Positions 52,556 through 64,000 of a stretch of 64,000 nt of DNA are shown piece after piece. This stretch comes from Dicyema japonicum (taxonomy: Eukaryota > Animalia > Dicyemida). The notes under the pieces were generated by a model. That model was not told the DNA's origin, ran no database searches, and worked only from the letters and a program-made list of their open reading frames with translations. Positions within the stretch are counted from its first letter, which is position 1, and each line of letters opens with the position of its first letter. The stretch covers positions 1,933,761 to 1,997,760 of the forward strand of contig RDEW01000003.1 in the NCBI GenBank assembly GCA_011109175.1. The letters are read 5' to 3'. The translations under genes were made by a program, and so were the position numbers.

Positions 52556-53639
52556 TCCTCACATCCGATACGCCATCAAAGGGAGGGAAAATAATTTTTG
52601 CCATACTATCCACATAGCAAAATTTGAATGATATAAAAAATTTTACAATTTAATTAATTGGAATATTGCAGATGGATGATAAATCCCGGTTATCATACGG
52701 GTTTGATACAAAAGAAAAAATACAAGAACTGATTGAATTAAAAAATGACAAATTCAATTTAAAAAACAAATCAGTTTCTCACTTTTGGGCCTCTAATATT
52801 ATCAAACTACAATTCCCGAAATAATGGGAAAATATGTCTTCTGTATTGTTGTGCTTTCCGCATTGAAGAAGGATCTACTTAACCATATGATGAGTAAGAA
52901 GCTTAATAATTTAAGTATTTGCGAAAAAGGGGGTATCAGAGTAACTCTTACTAAAAGAATCCCAACTTTCACTCGTGTCAAGGGTCATATTAACTTTTTT
53001 AAATAAAAAATACTAATTAATTATACTACTATAGTTATATAGGGAGATAGATTATTAAGGGGGCGAAAATTTTTTTATAGAGGCGATAGGAAAAGAGAGG
53101 TTGAGTAACATCTATTTTATGGATCTCACACAAACAAAAAGAAAAGAACGATAAGTCAAGAATTTCTTTGATATTCCTTGGATTAATTAATTAACATTAC
53201 TGTTCTTACTTCTTAATAAAGTGTGAGTTCTGCCTAAGGTGGGTTTAAGTAGTGAAGCATTACTGCCGGAAGTGCTGTTTTTTATTCTTATAATGGAACC
53301 AATGAACTTCCGGTGCTGTTCAAGTGCCCCCTCCGCTGACCGGTAACTACTAAGTTCCTCTTTCAAAAAAGTTTGTAGAGGTGCGGTATTTTCAGGTTCC
53401 ATGACGACCAATAACTGTTCCCTGCATAGTCGAAGGAAACACCCTCGCTCTTTTCCGACTGTGATTAACTTAAGAAAAAAGAGGTTTCCAGAGTGAACAG
53501 GATTAAGGGGTGATTACAGATTTGAGGGAGTTGAGTTTCTTTTCGTTAGATGATGTTTTTGATAACGACAATTATTAGAATCGATTTCGATAAATTTTTA
53601 TTTAACAACCACGATAAAACCAAACTAATTATCACGTGA

Positions 53640-53880
53640 TCCCGATGCATTCTAGCAGCGACCTCATCTTTTTCCAGTGTTCTTTTTTCGTGCGCGCGCA
53701 TGAACGTACAGGACGACTGACTGATTTTTCAGGCCACCTTCAAGTGATCTGGAGTCTAGTCTCATAAGGACCTCCAGAGGCGTAGGTCCGGTTCGGTGAT
53801 CTTCACAAATCCAACGCTCCATTACTCTGTAACCCCTCTTTTGTATTTCCTCAATTGTCCTCATATTTGTCCAAGATGTG
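53640..53880 (-). mobile_element. Possible Polinton/Maverick polB-region fragment
   Basis: IEEIQKRGYRVMERWICED...PL...RSLEGG resembles the GY.V...WEcE / PL..RDA..GGRT segment. Confidence 0.45.
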
Positions 53881-53978
53881 TGCTGTCACAACGAGACGGA
53901 TGCATATGAGATAAATTTTTAATTAATTTAATTAAAATTTAAAAATTTAATTAATCAACGTTAATCTAATTTTAGTGC

Positions 53979-55239
53979 ATGTCTAAGCTGAACACTCTCA
54001 CCGATGAAGAGATTGTCCCCTCAATTGCCCGATCTACCAAAAAGCACAAGTCTCTTTCACATGAATTGGACTTCAACGTGCTATCGACTAAGTTAAAGCA
54101 ATATTTGGTAGAAAAGTGCACAGAATATGTCGGCAATGATTGGAAGGGACTTGACCTTACTCGAGTGACTATAAAAAGATTAACGTCAGTCCTGATTTGA
54201 ATCCTAGGGCGGGGACAAGTAACATCATCTATACAGTTACCAACAACAGTTGCTCAGAGGATGATTCCTTCAAGACAGTCCTGGTTAGATTGTACGGGAA
54301 GTTTCTTATGGCCTCGTTCCGAAATCAACTCAAAGATGCAGTCGTATTTACTATTCTCTCCGAACGTTCCCTCGGTCCTAAACTTCACGGAATATTCGAA
54401 TATGGCCGAGTGGAGGAGTATATTACTGTGCTTTTTGGTCTAATTTCAGTCTAGAGGACTTACTCCCTTCGAAATTCGGTCACCTCCAATACTGAGTCTT
54501 GTTGCTGCTCGAATGGCTCAAATCCACAACCTCAAAGTCCCCATTTTCAAATCACCCCGCTTCCTCATTGACACAATGCAGGGATGGTTGGAAGAAGTCA
54601 GTAGTCCGATGTTGTCTCAACAGTTTCAACGACTTATTTTCACCCCAAGAACTTGACTGGCTCCAGTTTTGGATATTGGTTACTTCTAGGAATCGCCTAT
54701 TGGGGGCCGGGTCTCTCATTTGCTTCTGCCACAATGATCTCCAGGCAGGAAACATTCTATTAAAGGCCATGGGAGTTCCTCAGTCCCCAGATGATTTGCT
54801 GGTGATTGATTATGAGTACTGCAGCTATAACTACAGGGATTACGACCTCGCTAACTTCTTTGCTGAATGGGCCTTTGAATACTCTATAGAGCATACCGAT
54901 GGGTTTCTATACAGGCCAGAAAATGTGCCCACGTGCACAGAAAAAGTATTAGTGGTGTCTGACTTTACAGATTGATTTTATCAAGTCTTATATAAAGTAT
55001 TGGAACCACTTCAGTGAGGATTCCATGGATGATGAAGACATTGAGACCTTTTTGGAGAATGTTAGACTGTTTGAGCTGGCTTCTCACCTTTTCTGGAGTT
55101 TATGGAGTCTTAGGCAGTCTCAGAGTTCATCTATAGGCTTTGGATACGAAGTAGTCGAACCTATAAATCCTAGGTGTACGCACGTGTTAGGACAAACCTC
55201 TACATTGAGCTAAAGGAATATATTTTGTCTCAAAAATGA
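53979..55239 (+). CDS. CHKA/B-like: Choline/ethanolamine kinase
   Basis: AGTSN loop, VLVRLYG, LGPKLHGIFEYGRVEEYI, FCHNDLQAGNILL, VIDYEYCSYNYRDYDLANFF, ASHLFWSLWS. Introns 54185-54207, 54428-54449, 54666-54689, 54946-54970, 55151-55173. One unresolved +1 shift at about 54640. Confidence 0.9.
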
Positions 55240-55278
55240 CTATTTTATTAATAAATTATTTCTCTATTTGAACACAAA

Positions 55279-56586
55279 TTATGGCTGAATTATGGTGGAT
55301 CTCTTGGATTCGGGGAGTGAATTTGTTCTTTCGGCGTAATACTTGTCCCAGATGGCGTTGAGTAGTTCGACTGAGAGGATTTTGTTTGCATTTTCTGATA
55401 TTTTCACAAACAGGAAGACTCCGTCCCGTCTTAGATAGTCGAAGACAAATCTGCGCATTAAAATTTTCTTTGTTCTTTCGTATTCCTCCGGGAAGTTCTC
55501 CCTCACTGAGATTTCATCCCTTGATCCCACGTAGATTCGGCGCTTGATGTGTTCATAGCATGAATGGGGGAGCAGTAAGGACGTGGAGGTGATCACCAGA
55601 CTTACAATTGAGAAGACTACTGAAGTCATTAGGATCCACCAAACGGTCATGAATATTTTTTCGTTAAACAAATTGATAGTGAGGACGCACTGTACTGTGT
55701 ATTCGTTAATGTTGTGCCCCAACATTCTGATTTGTAGGTCACAGAGAGTTACCCGGGGGAAATAATATGACTCCGCCATCAATCCCGTGTTGATGATTTC
55801 ATTGGCTGCCTTGATGCCGTACCAGTGATATTCGTACCCCATAAATGTATCGAGCAGGTAAAGCTGACCAATCGAATTTATGATGTAGAGAATTTTGACG
55901 ATGATATAGCTCCAGACCATAAAGTCCCCGTTTATGTCCAAGATCTGACTTAAGAACCTTTTAATTAAGTTTGATTTTCGAATAAATCTTTTATTTTCCT
56001 TTTTGGCTCTCATTTCGAACATCCTGACCAAATGATCTCTCAAGTAGTCAGCCATCTTGATTCTCTCAGTCGCCTTGGTTGCCGTAGAGAACAATTTGGC
56101 AGATTGGAGAACGTTGGAGATGTTCAACATTGAACTGGAAAAACAGGCGATCCATACACTGTGTGGGATGTAGAATAGAATGGCCTACACTAGAAAAGTG
56201 AGTCAACCTGGAAAAATAGGATAAACGTTGTCCACTGATAATAGGTCACTACATTCTTCTTTTCTTCGTGATTGGGGATCTCCTTCGATAATGGAACGTA
56301 GTATGTATTGGATATCCAACAAGCCTTAATAATTTGTAAATTTACTTTGTTGGTAAAATCGATATAATTTTGGGTGAACTGAGCGGGACACCAGCACTCT
56401 ATAGGATCCCCGACGTACTGTTTCGTACTGAGGATGACTGCAAAGGTGATCAGTATTGTTCTAATATATTTATGATTCAGTCGATCGACGAAATCATCAC
56501 AACTTGCTGTTGTTCCAGATCCAAAACTAAAATTAACCAAATTAGGCCCACTCCTGCAAAAAGAACGACAAAAAGCCAGATGCCAT
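55279..56586 (-). CDS. inx: Innexin (gap-junction protein)
   Basis: DDFVDRLNH, KQYVGDPIECWCPAQFT, CWISNTYY, YYQW, FQAILFYIP, FPRVTLCD, VQCVLTINLFNEKIF. Introns 56527-56551 (25 nt), 56325-56345 (21), 56185-56207 (23). Confidence 0.95.
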
Positions 56587-56978
56587 TTTATTCTTCCCTG
56601 TCCTATATTACCAAACAATCTATAACTTTAGTAATGAATTTTGCTGCATATGCCATTTTAAATAAGCGTTTTTTATCATTTTTAGTAAATCAATCTCGCA
56701 CAATAATCATTACGACTATTCAAAAATGTGAATAAATAATCAACTCACTGAATAATGCAGCTAACAACTCAGAACCACTAATTAATTAAACACACAAATA
56801 TTCACGTGTACTCAATATCACAATTGATTACAGTTTTTAAAGTCTCTCATCAAATTGACGTTTTATCGATGAGTATATTTTTCTCAACAAATCAATCAAT
56901 CTTCCCTCAAGGAATAAACTTATTCAATCATCAAAGAATAAACTTATCAACAAAATTAAGCTTTTTAACAAACAAACA

Positions 56979-59900
56979 TCAGAAAGATCCAGAAGAACTT
57001 TCCCTGACAGAACCGATAGAACTGTTATCATCAATAAGAACAACTTCCTCATCACTCGAACTTACGATATTTTTTTCACGTGTTTTACGACTGATAACAG
57101 TTCTCTTAGTCACAACCTAAACGACTAAAGTCAGAATAATACAGCGTCCGTCCTCATCACGCATAACCTTAGGTTTTTTCTTAAGGAATGTTCGAATGTC
57201 CATTACTACAACTGAGAAGACAATTAACCTGGGGATTTGATAGCCTCAGCATCCTTACCAAACCGTTTAGCAAGGGGAATATCACACTTCTCAATGGGTG
57301 ACTACAATATTATTAAAAATAAACCTTATGCTTTGTTGTTTTTCAATTTTGGGGGCTCCTGAGTCTTTTTTAATTTTTTAAGTTCACGGTTTTCCTTAGT
57401 CTGAGATATTGCGACGTATTTTTTAATATAACTATCCACATTTGGAGTAATACGGGTTGCAAAGTCAGAAGGCAGAGTCTCTGCAGCCACGGTTTGATTG
57501 TCCTTTCCCCTTCCTTTTCCCCTTAACAGCTGGTTTTCCACCCTCTGGCGGTTTGTTGTCCTCAGCCTCAGCCTTTTCCACTTTCTACAAATAATCATCT
57601 TCCAAACATCTAATTCCACCAAGAAGGCATCCAAATCATAGTTCCAAATATCACTCGGAGTCTTCTTCCTTAAAATATCCAATTCCTCAATCTTAAGATC
57701 TCGTTTCCTTAGCAACTCCTGGTGATCATCCCTGCTGTAACACCAGAGTGGCATCTTCATTATGTAATTATAATCAGCTCCAGTCTCATCACTAACATCC
57801 TCTTCCTCTTCCTAAACATATCCACCAACGAGACCTCCACATAGCCTTTCTTCATTTTCTTCAACTGATCATTCCACCTTTTAACAGGATCCACATCATA
57901 TTTCCGTGAAACCAGTAAGGCCACAATATCCTTCCGCGATTTGTTCTCTACAAGTAATTCAACCCCCAACCAATAGCAATCTTCCCTGACAGTCTCTCGT
58001 CAATAAATCTCGCCTGATTCTTTAGCTTCTGAGTCTCTGCAGCGAGACTTCCCTCCAAATAATCCTTCCTTATTTTGTAGTACTTCAATCTGACTGTAAA
58101 AAATTCATTTAAAATTTGTTCGGCAGAAGTGAACTTTTTTAGGACTCCTCCAGAATCAAACAGAACCTGAAATAAGCAACCCTCAACCATAGAACTGGTA
58201 GATAATGTTGTCTGTAGTTTAAACACATTATGTAGTCCCTTATTCTCCCATTTGGAAACATCATCCTTCAGTTTCACCACAAACCGAACAGTAGTGTCTG
58301 TGTTATACTCCTTATACTCACTACAATCATTAATTTTGGGTAACTTTATGATTGAGGGACACTTCTCTGACCCGTTTAGAAAGTTCTCCAATTCATCTTC
58401 CTTATAAGGCTGAGTCCATGTCTTTATCGGTAATTCCGTGATTTCTATCGTCTTTGAGTCCAATACTCCCACTTCACCACTCACAACGTACTTGTCTCTA
58501 CTAACAGGAGTAATGACTCCCCTAAAGTTCTTATAGCTCGGATTCTAAACTAACATCCAAAACTACCATTTGAACTATCTCCTGTCCCATAATGAGTCTC
58601 CTAATGTTAGCTACAATCTCCCTAATGTCAAAATTGGGGATATGAGTACTCCAACCAGTCCCAATACCATCAGCCCCATTAACCAATACAAGTGGTATAA
58701 TAGGCACATAGTAAACAGGCTCAATATATTGTCCATCATCATATATATAGTTTAGAATGTGATCGTCGTCCTTGTTAAACACGTGACGAGCGAGAGGACT
58801 ACATTAATCAGCAACCACCTTAGCGACGTGAATATATATCGAGAACTGGCTGCATCTTTCCCCCCATGAAGTCTAGTGCCAAACTGTCCAATAGGTTGCA
58901 GAATATTCAGATTATTACTCCCAACAAAGTTGTGGGCTAAATTGACTATTGTACTCATCAAGGATTGCTACATTCACACAACAACACAACCTCTCCGTGA
59001 TGGTATGACGATAACTCAGAGACAGACCCAGCCAGCTGGGCAACCTTGATCTCCTTAGTAATATTCCTCTTCAAACAAGTAAACAGAACTTTGCGCTGTC
59101 CAGGTTTGAGTCCTACAGTAAGTAATATGACCACAACCATCAACAAGTGAGGGAATCGATCTATTATTATCCGTATTACTGAACAATATCAATTCCTTGT
59201 TTATAAAATCATTATAGGATATCGAACTAGTGCCAGTTTCGTACAAAAATTGCTACAATCACACAAAAACAAACATCTGGTAGTCCCATTTCCACACGTG
59301 ACCGACAGTCCTCCATCCAGCTGGTCAGCCATTGTTTCCTATCCTCAATTCTCTTCTTACAAAAAGCCTTAGATTACCAAACACACAACCAAATCTATAG
59401 CATTGTCATCTTCAGCACTATTATATGTGAACCCAATTCTGTGTCTTCTCATATTTGAAAAGTATTCCTTTGCTTCCTTTGAGGTGGATGTTCCCAAACC
59501 TCAAATAACTTGGTGACCAACCTTTGTAGTACTTGAGTCTCCATGTGTACCAGTCTGGACAGGAAGCCTTCCAATTCTCAAACTCAGGAATGCTGTAAAA
59601 CGAAAATTCCTGTCTGGATTTGTGGACCTAAGCTTAGAAAACCACCAAACTTTAATAATTGGAGTAATAAACTGATCAATAAAGTTATTTTTGATTAGTT
59701 GTGGCCAAAAGTAGTGGATTGCGTTTATTACAAGTCCCTTTATGTGGGACCCGTCCTGGTCCTGATCTGCCATCACCATGATTTTCCCATATCTCAATGA
59801 ATTCAGCTTGTTCGGGTCAGAGTAGTTCTCTTTGAACTGCAATCCTATGATTTTCGTTAGATTCACAACTTCTTGGTTAGCCATAATCTGATAATTAACA

Positions 59901-61518
59901 TGCAAAACCTGTTTGTGGGCTGCGTCTCTCACATTCAACAGCTTTCCTCGCAGAGGGAATACGCCATAGTTATCCCTTCCAATAACTCCCAGTCCTGCAA
60001 TGGCCAATGCCTTAGCAGAATCTCCCTCGGTGAGGATAAGTGTGCATTTATGAGAATTCTTAGTTCCAGCATCATTAGCATCGTCCAGTTTGGGTATTCC
60101 CTTCACTTTGACGGTCTTCGAACCTTTGATTTTGCTTGACAACTGTTGATGCTGTTTAGCCTTCACCCAACTCAGAATATTATCCATGATGGTACTTTTC
60201 ACAACCTATATTAATAAGAGATGATAACCTGCCCAATAAACTTATCCCCCAACTGACAGGTGGACCCAAACGCCTTAGGGAGTAACTCCTTGTCTGGGAG
60301 TCAAAGCTCGGATTCACAATCTTACAGTTTATAAACACCCAGAGGTGATTCTTTATCTAAAACTATATTTGGGAGATCACCTGACCAGGTTTAAGCACAG
60401 ATTCTTTGCTTTTCTTTTTAGCCGCCTCTAACAACTTTGATGTGAGTTGATCCACAATATAGTCCACGTGTCGACCACCCTACTATAATAAATTAATCAC
60501 AACTCTGTGTGTAGCTATATTATTGACAAAACTGACTTGTCTGAAGTTACCGTCACTGGCCACGACAGCAACCTCCCACCACTCACCAATAGCATCGTAA
60601 ATAACGGATAGTGGTTGACCCAAGTCGTCCATTTTGTCCTTTGTGTACAAGTTTATATAATCTCGGAAATTAGAAACCTAATGTGAACATGATAACCCAC
60701 CATGAGTGTATTTCCGTTGAGGACAACCTTAACCCCCATCGTTGTGGCGGCAATGTCATAAGCTCGGCGACTGAAAAGGGCCACAATGTCGTCGTCCAAT
60801 ATGTCTCTCCCAAATTTGGCCAAATCGGGGGAGAATTTAACACGTGTAAAGTCCCTTCTGTCAGCTCCCCATATTTTGGCTTCCTCAGCCACAGACATGT
60901 TATTTCTCCAAACCTATCTATAAATGAGAGCTAATGACTGCTTCCCATGTTCCTTACATGACGTCTCCACTGAGAACATTGTACTGAAGATATTGCATAA
61001 CTTGGCTCCATAGCCGTTCCGTCCACCGTTATCTTGTCGTCCTTATCGTCGTAGTTGCTGGATGTTAGAAGATGACCGAAAATAAGTGTGGGGATAATGA
61101 TCTTCTCTTTTTTATGCTCCACCACAGGAATCCCAGCACCATCGTTAAAAACGGATATGAGGTTCTTTTCACTGCAAATTAGAAACGAGTAAACGAGTCA
61201 ATGTCGATTTTTATAGTAGACATGGTCGAATCTCTGACCTTATTGTCAGCAGCATTGACAAGAATTTCGTCAAATATCTTATATAGCCCTGGCACATAGT
61301 TCAACTCCTTTTGGATCATCTTTTCTTCAGTTTGGTCGTACACCCATTGCATCTATTATGTTAATATCCTCATTATACTTGAGTTACATTCTCAGATGAC
61401 CCAATGTATGTATCAGGTCTCAGGAGAACGTGTTCCAGCTGAGTTACCTTCTGGTAAACGTCCTCTACAGTTTTTTTAGTTGGTGCCTGCAAAAAATCTA
61501 AATAGCAACAACAACCAT
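56979..61518 (-). CDS. TOP2: DNA topoisomerase II (type IIA), about 20+ tiny introns
   Basis: [117 protein letters not shown]; stop at 56979-56981. Four small lesions noted. Confidence 0.97.
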
Positions 61519-61749
61519 TAGACTAGTGGTTAAACAAAGAACGCGGCAATTTTTTACAAAACACTTTAAATACATTTTATTATTTTTTAATTTTATTAAA
61601 AAATTAACTTTATTAATTTTGTTATTGTGCTTTTCCTTTTCGCATAAAAATCCTAAAATATAGGATTTCTTAACAAATGTAAAACACCGCCCTACGACCT
61701 TTGAAATTTCAAAATTCGCATTCTTAGAATCATTCTTGAGACATTATTA

Positions 61750-63500
61750 TTGAACCAAAAACCACCGTCATATCCAAAATAACAAAATTCAGGTGATCCC
61801 AGCCTCCCTCAACAGTCTCCGCATTTTTTTCTCGGTGTTCCGACTGCGTTCCTGCGCATTTCCGATATAGACGGGGTTCGCATACTCGAGTCCTTCGCAG
61901 GAGAACTGTTCCATTCGCCTCTATCATAATTTATAGGTTTCTTGGCAGAATTTCCACTCGGGAATATTTCCTTAGTAGGTTTGCTGCTTTTACTTGAATG
62001 TTGCATATTTTCGTTCAAATTCGTTGCAGAAAGGTTAGATCCCCAAATATTACATGCGTATCCTATTGTAGCTTCGATGAACTGTTTGTATATGACATCC
62101 AGATTACTCAGATTTTTTGTCTCTTAGGTTTCTCAAGAACGCCTTCAGGAAGTTGATTTTTTTCGTACAAGTCAATAACATATTTTCGACATGTTTCGTA
62201 AAGGTTAAGAAGGTGTCAAAGGTAACTCCCAGGATTTTCTGGTATTTGTTTTGCGGGACAATCTTCCCATCCAGTGTGACGTCATTTGATACTTTCCTAG
62301 TTTCTGTTTGTCGTGAATAATGTCAACACCGACTTCTCCGGGCTAGCAGTCAATTGATTTTCCCGAAGCCATAAATTAATTTATTCAGATTCGTTGCTTC
62401 CACAATACTCAATCCCTCGAGGCAATGACTATATCACCAGCATACGTTAATAATATGTCATCGTCCCCCTGATGGAGTGGCAAGTCATTCATCATAACGT
62501 TATACAAGAGGGGAGATAATGGGGAGCCCTGGGGAACGCCATTTGCTAATAGTCTCGATACGGAACATCGATTGCCATAGTGTACTCGTCCTCGTCGACC
62601 ACTCAAGAAATTTCAACCACAATTTCAGGTTTGCGTCAATGTTCGACGAATATATTTTGTGCGTGATAATCTTCCTCGAAACCGAGTCAAAAGCCTTCTG
62701 ATATCAATTGAGCATACAATCGTCTTTTTCTGTCCTGGTCTTTTGTTAAGGCCATCTGTTATGAACTTCTTTAATGTATTTAGGTGTGATAGTTGATCGT
62801 CCCTCTTTAAAACCATGCTGAAATCTGGCATCCGGGAGGGAATGTCGTGTGAGTGTCATAACCATCCTTTCTAGGATTCTTGTCTGGACCACAAGAGCGA
62901 AAAGGCCTGTAAGAAGCAGGGTCCTCCTTTGGTTCCCAGGCTTCAGTATTGGATGAATATTCAAAGTTTCCATATAGCGGGAATACAGTTGAAGTTGATT
63001 GAGTAGTTGAAGATGCATGTTAGTGCTGATATCCCACTGCCCATCTTTTTCAACAGAATAATTGGGATCCCGTCCGGTCCACAGGAATGTTGTTCTTTGT
63101 TCGAAATCTTCAAAGCGACATCTCCCGGTAGAACATACATTGTTAGATGCTTCCTTTTCTGTTTCGGATTTTTGTGTGGAGAAATATCCATCCTTTGGAA
63201 TGGTTTGTGGCTTATTCTAACACAATGTTTGATATATTTATTCAGATCCACCTCCTGTTTACGGTTTCCCTCGATATTGTTTTCAGCGTTTTTGCCATTT
63301 CGCAGGATCCTCCACATCTTGGTAAGTGAACTATTTTTTTCATAGCTCTAGAAATTCGGCTCAGTTTTGATTTTTGAAGAAGTTTTGTCTTTTCGTTGAT
63401 CTTCATGTTTAGTGCACGGATTCTGTTAGTATCATGTTTTCCGTATTGATTCTTTTTTAACGTAAAAAAATTGATAGTAATTAATTCGTTACTATTTATT
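61750..63500 (-). mobile_element. Degenerate Jockey/I-like LINE
   Basis: SCGPDGIP, WKL, FQHGFKEGRST, TIVCSIDIR, NGVPQGSPLSPLLYNVMMNDLP, YAGDI, KYQKILGVTFD, YKQFIEATIGYACNIW. Confidence 0.8.
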
Positions 63501-63617
63501 ATTAATAGCAATCTCCGCGGAACCAGAAAAGTTAACTAATTTGAGATTCCACTTTTGCCATGCATCTCTGGATACGCGCTGTAAGTCGTTTCCATCCTTG
63601 GTAAAATGTGCTACTTC

Positions 63618-63690
63618 ACCATAGGACCCGTTAAAATCAATTTTTATAAAATTTTAAAAAGATGACTTTTCACCTAAAGATGTCAATCAA
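63618..63690. mobile_element. Fragment of the MULE-like foldback family
   Basis: CCATAGGACCCGTTAAAATCAATTTTTATAAA...AAAGATGACTTTT..CCTAAAGATGTC is the reverse complement of the 93-bp unit at 10311-10600. Confidence 0.62.
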
Positions 63691-64000
63691 CTTTAAAAAA
63701 TAAAGTTCGAGTTGTACAACCGAAATCGAAGGCGAATGCCTATGTACTTTCGCCGCATCCAGATCGCCCACAATTTTTTGAAAGAAGCAACCGCCAGAAC
63801 TTTCCTGTGAATAACGTTCTCCGAGTCACCGAGGAGAGATCCTCCTTTCTTGCATGTTCTCCACTTTTCCTCGTTTCTCGTCGTGCAACCGGATATGCTA
63901 GTTCTTTCCGTTTTGTCCGGGTTTACTTCTGGGACCAGTCCTCTAACCCTTGAAGGATCACTTTTAGTATAGTTTCCAGCGAATCCATATCCCAGCAGAC

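Larger units (their letters stand above)
52050..53110 (+). mobile_element. Charlie/Buster-type hAT remnant
   Basis: MRRRIDDKSEDLEYQ...FSLQIDES...VLMANVR; C-terminal SVSHFW; right end GGGGCG...AGGTTGAG. Confidence 0.6.

Noticed and set aside
53187-53540. 74-aa minus-strand ORF as a host gene divergent from choline kinase
   Set aside because: No credible ATG or homology recognised; likely a TE remnant.
60914-60916. TAG could read as Gln in TOP2 (YR*VW versus FKQTW), suggesting stop-codon reassignment
   Set aside because: The TAG fits better as an intron acceptor. No other in-frame TAG/TAA was found in the conserved exons traced, and TAG and TAA end the SYCE2 and innexin ORFs normally.

Overview
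AT-rich eukaryotic nuclear DNA from an animal. About 70% is decayed, nested transposable elements; the rest is compact genes split by ultra-short (20-29 nt) GT-AG introns that the ORF track fragments. Five genes could be rebuilt by hand: a hidden 106-aa SYCE2-like synaptonemal complex gene (12480-12870, +), TOR kinase (29189-37493, +), a choline/ethanolamine kinase (53979-55239, +), an innexin (55279-56586, -) and topoisomerase II (56979-61518, -). The intron sizes and a spiralian-looking innexin suggest a dicyemid mesozoan (inference). Repeats include at least 11 CRE-clade non-LTR fragments (one near full length), six RTE-like LINE copies (the three that span the RT all lack its catalytic core), and a probably intact R4/Dong-like retroelement inside a 5.9-kb TSD-bounded hAT-like element. 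There are also hAT MITEs, a tRNA-Arg-like SINE, a MULE-like foldback and pogo, Ginger2 and Polinton remnants. Several small indels, mostly in homopolymers, break essential genes and are most likely assembly errors. All family assignments come from motif recognition by eye; no database search was run, and TE boundaries without TSDs are approximate.
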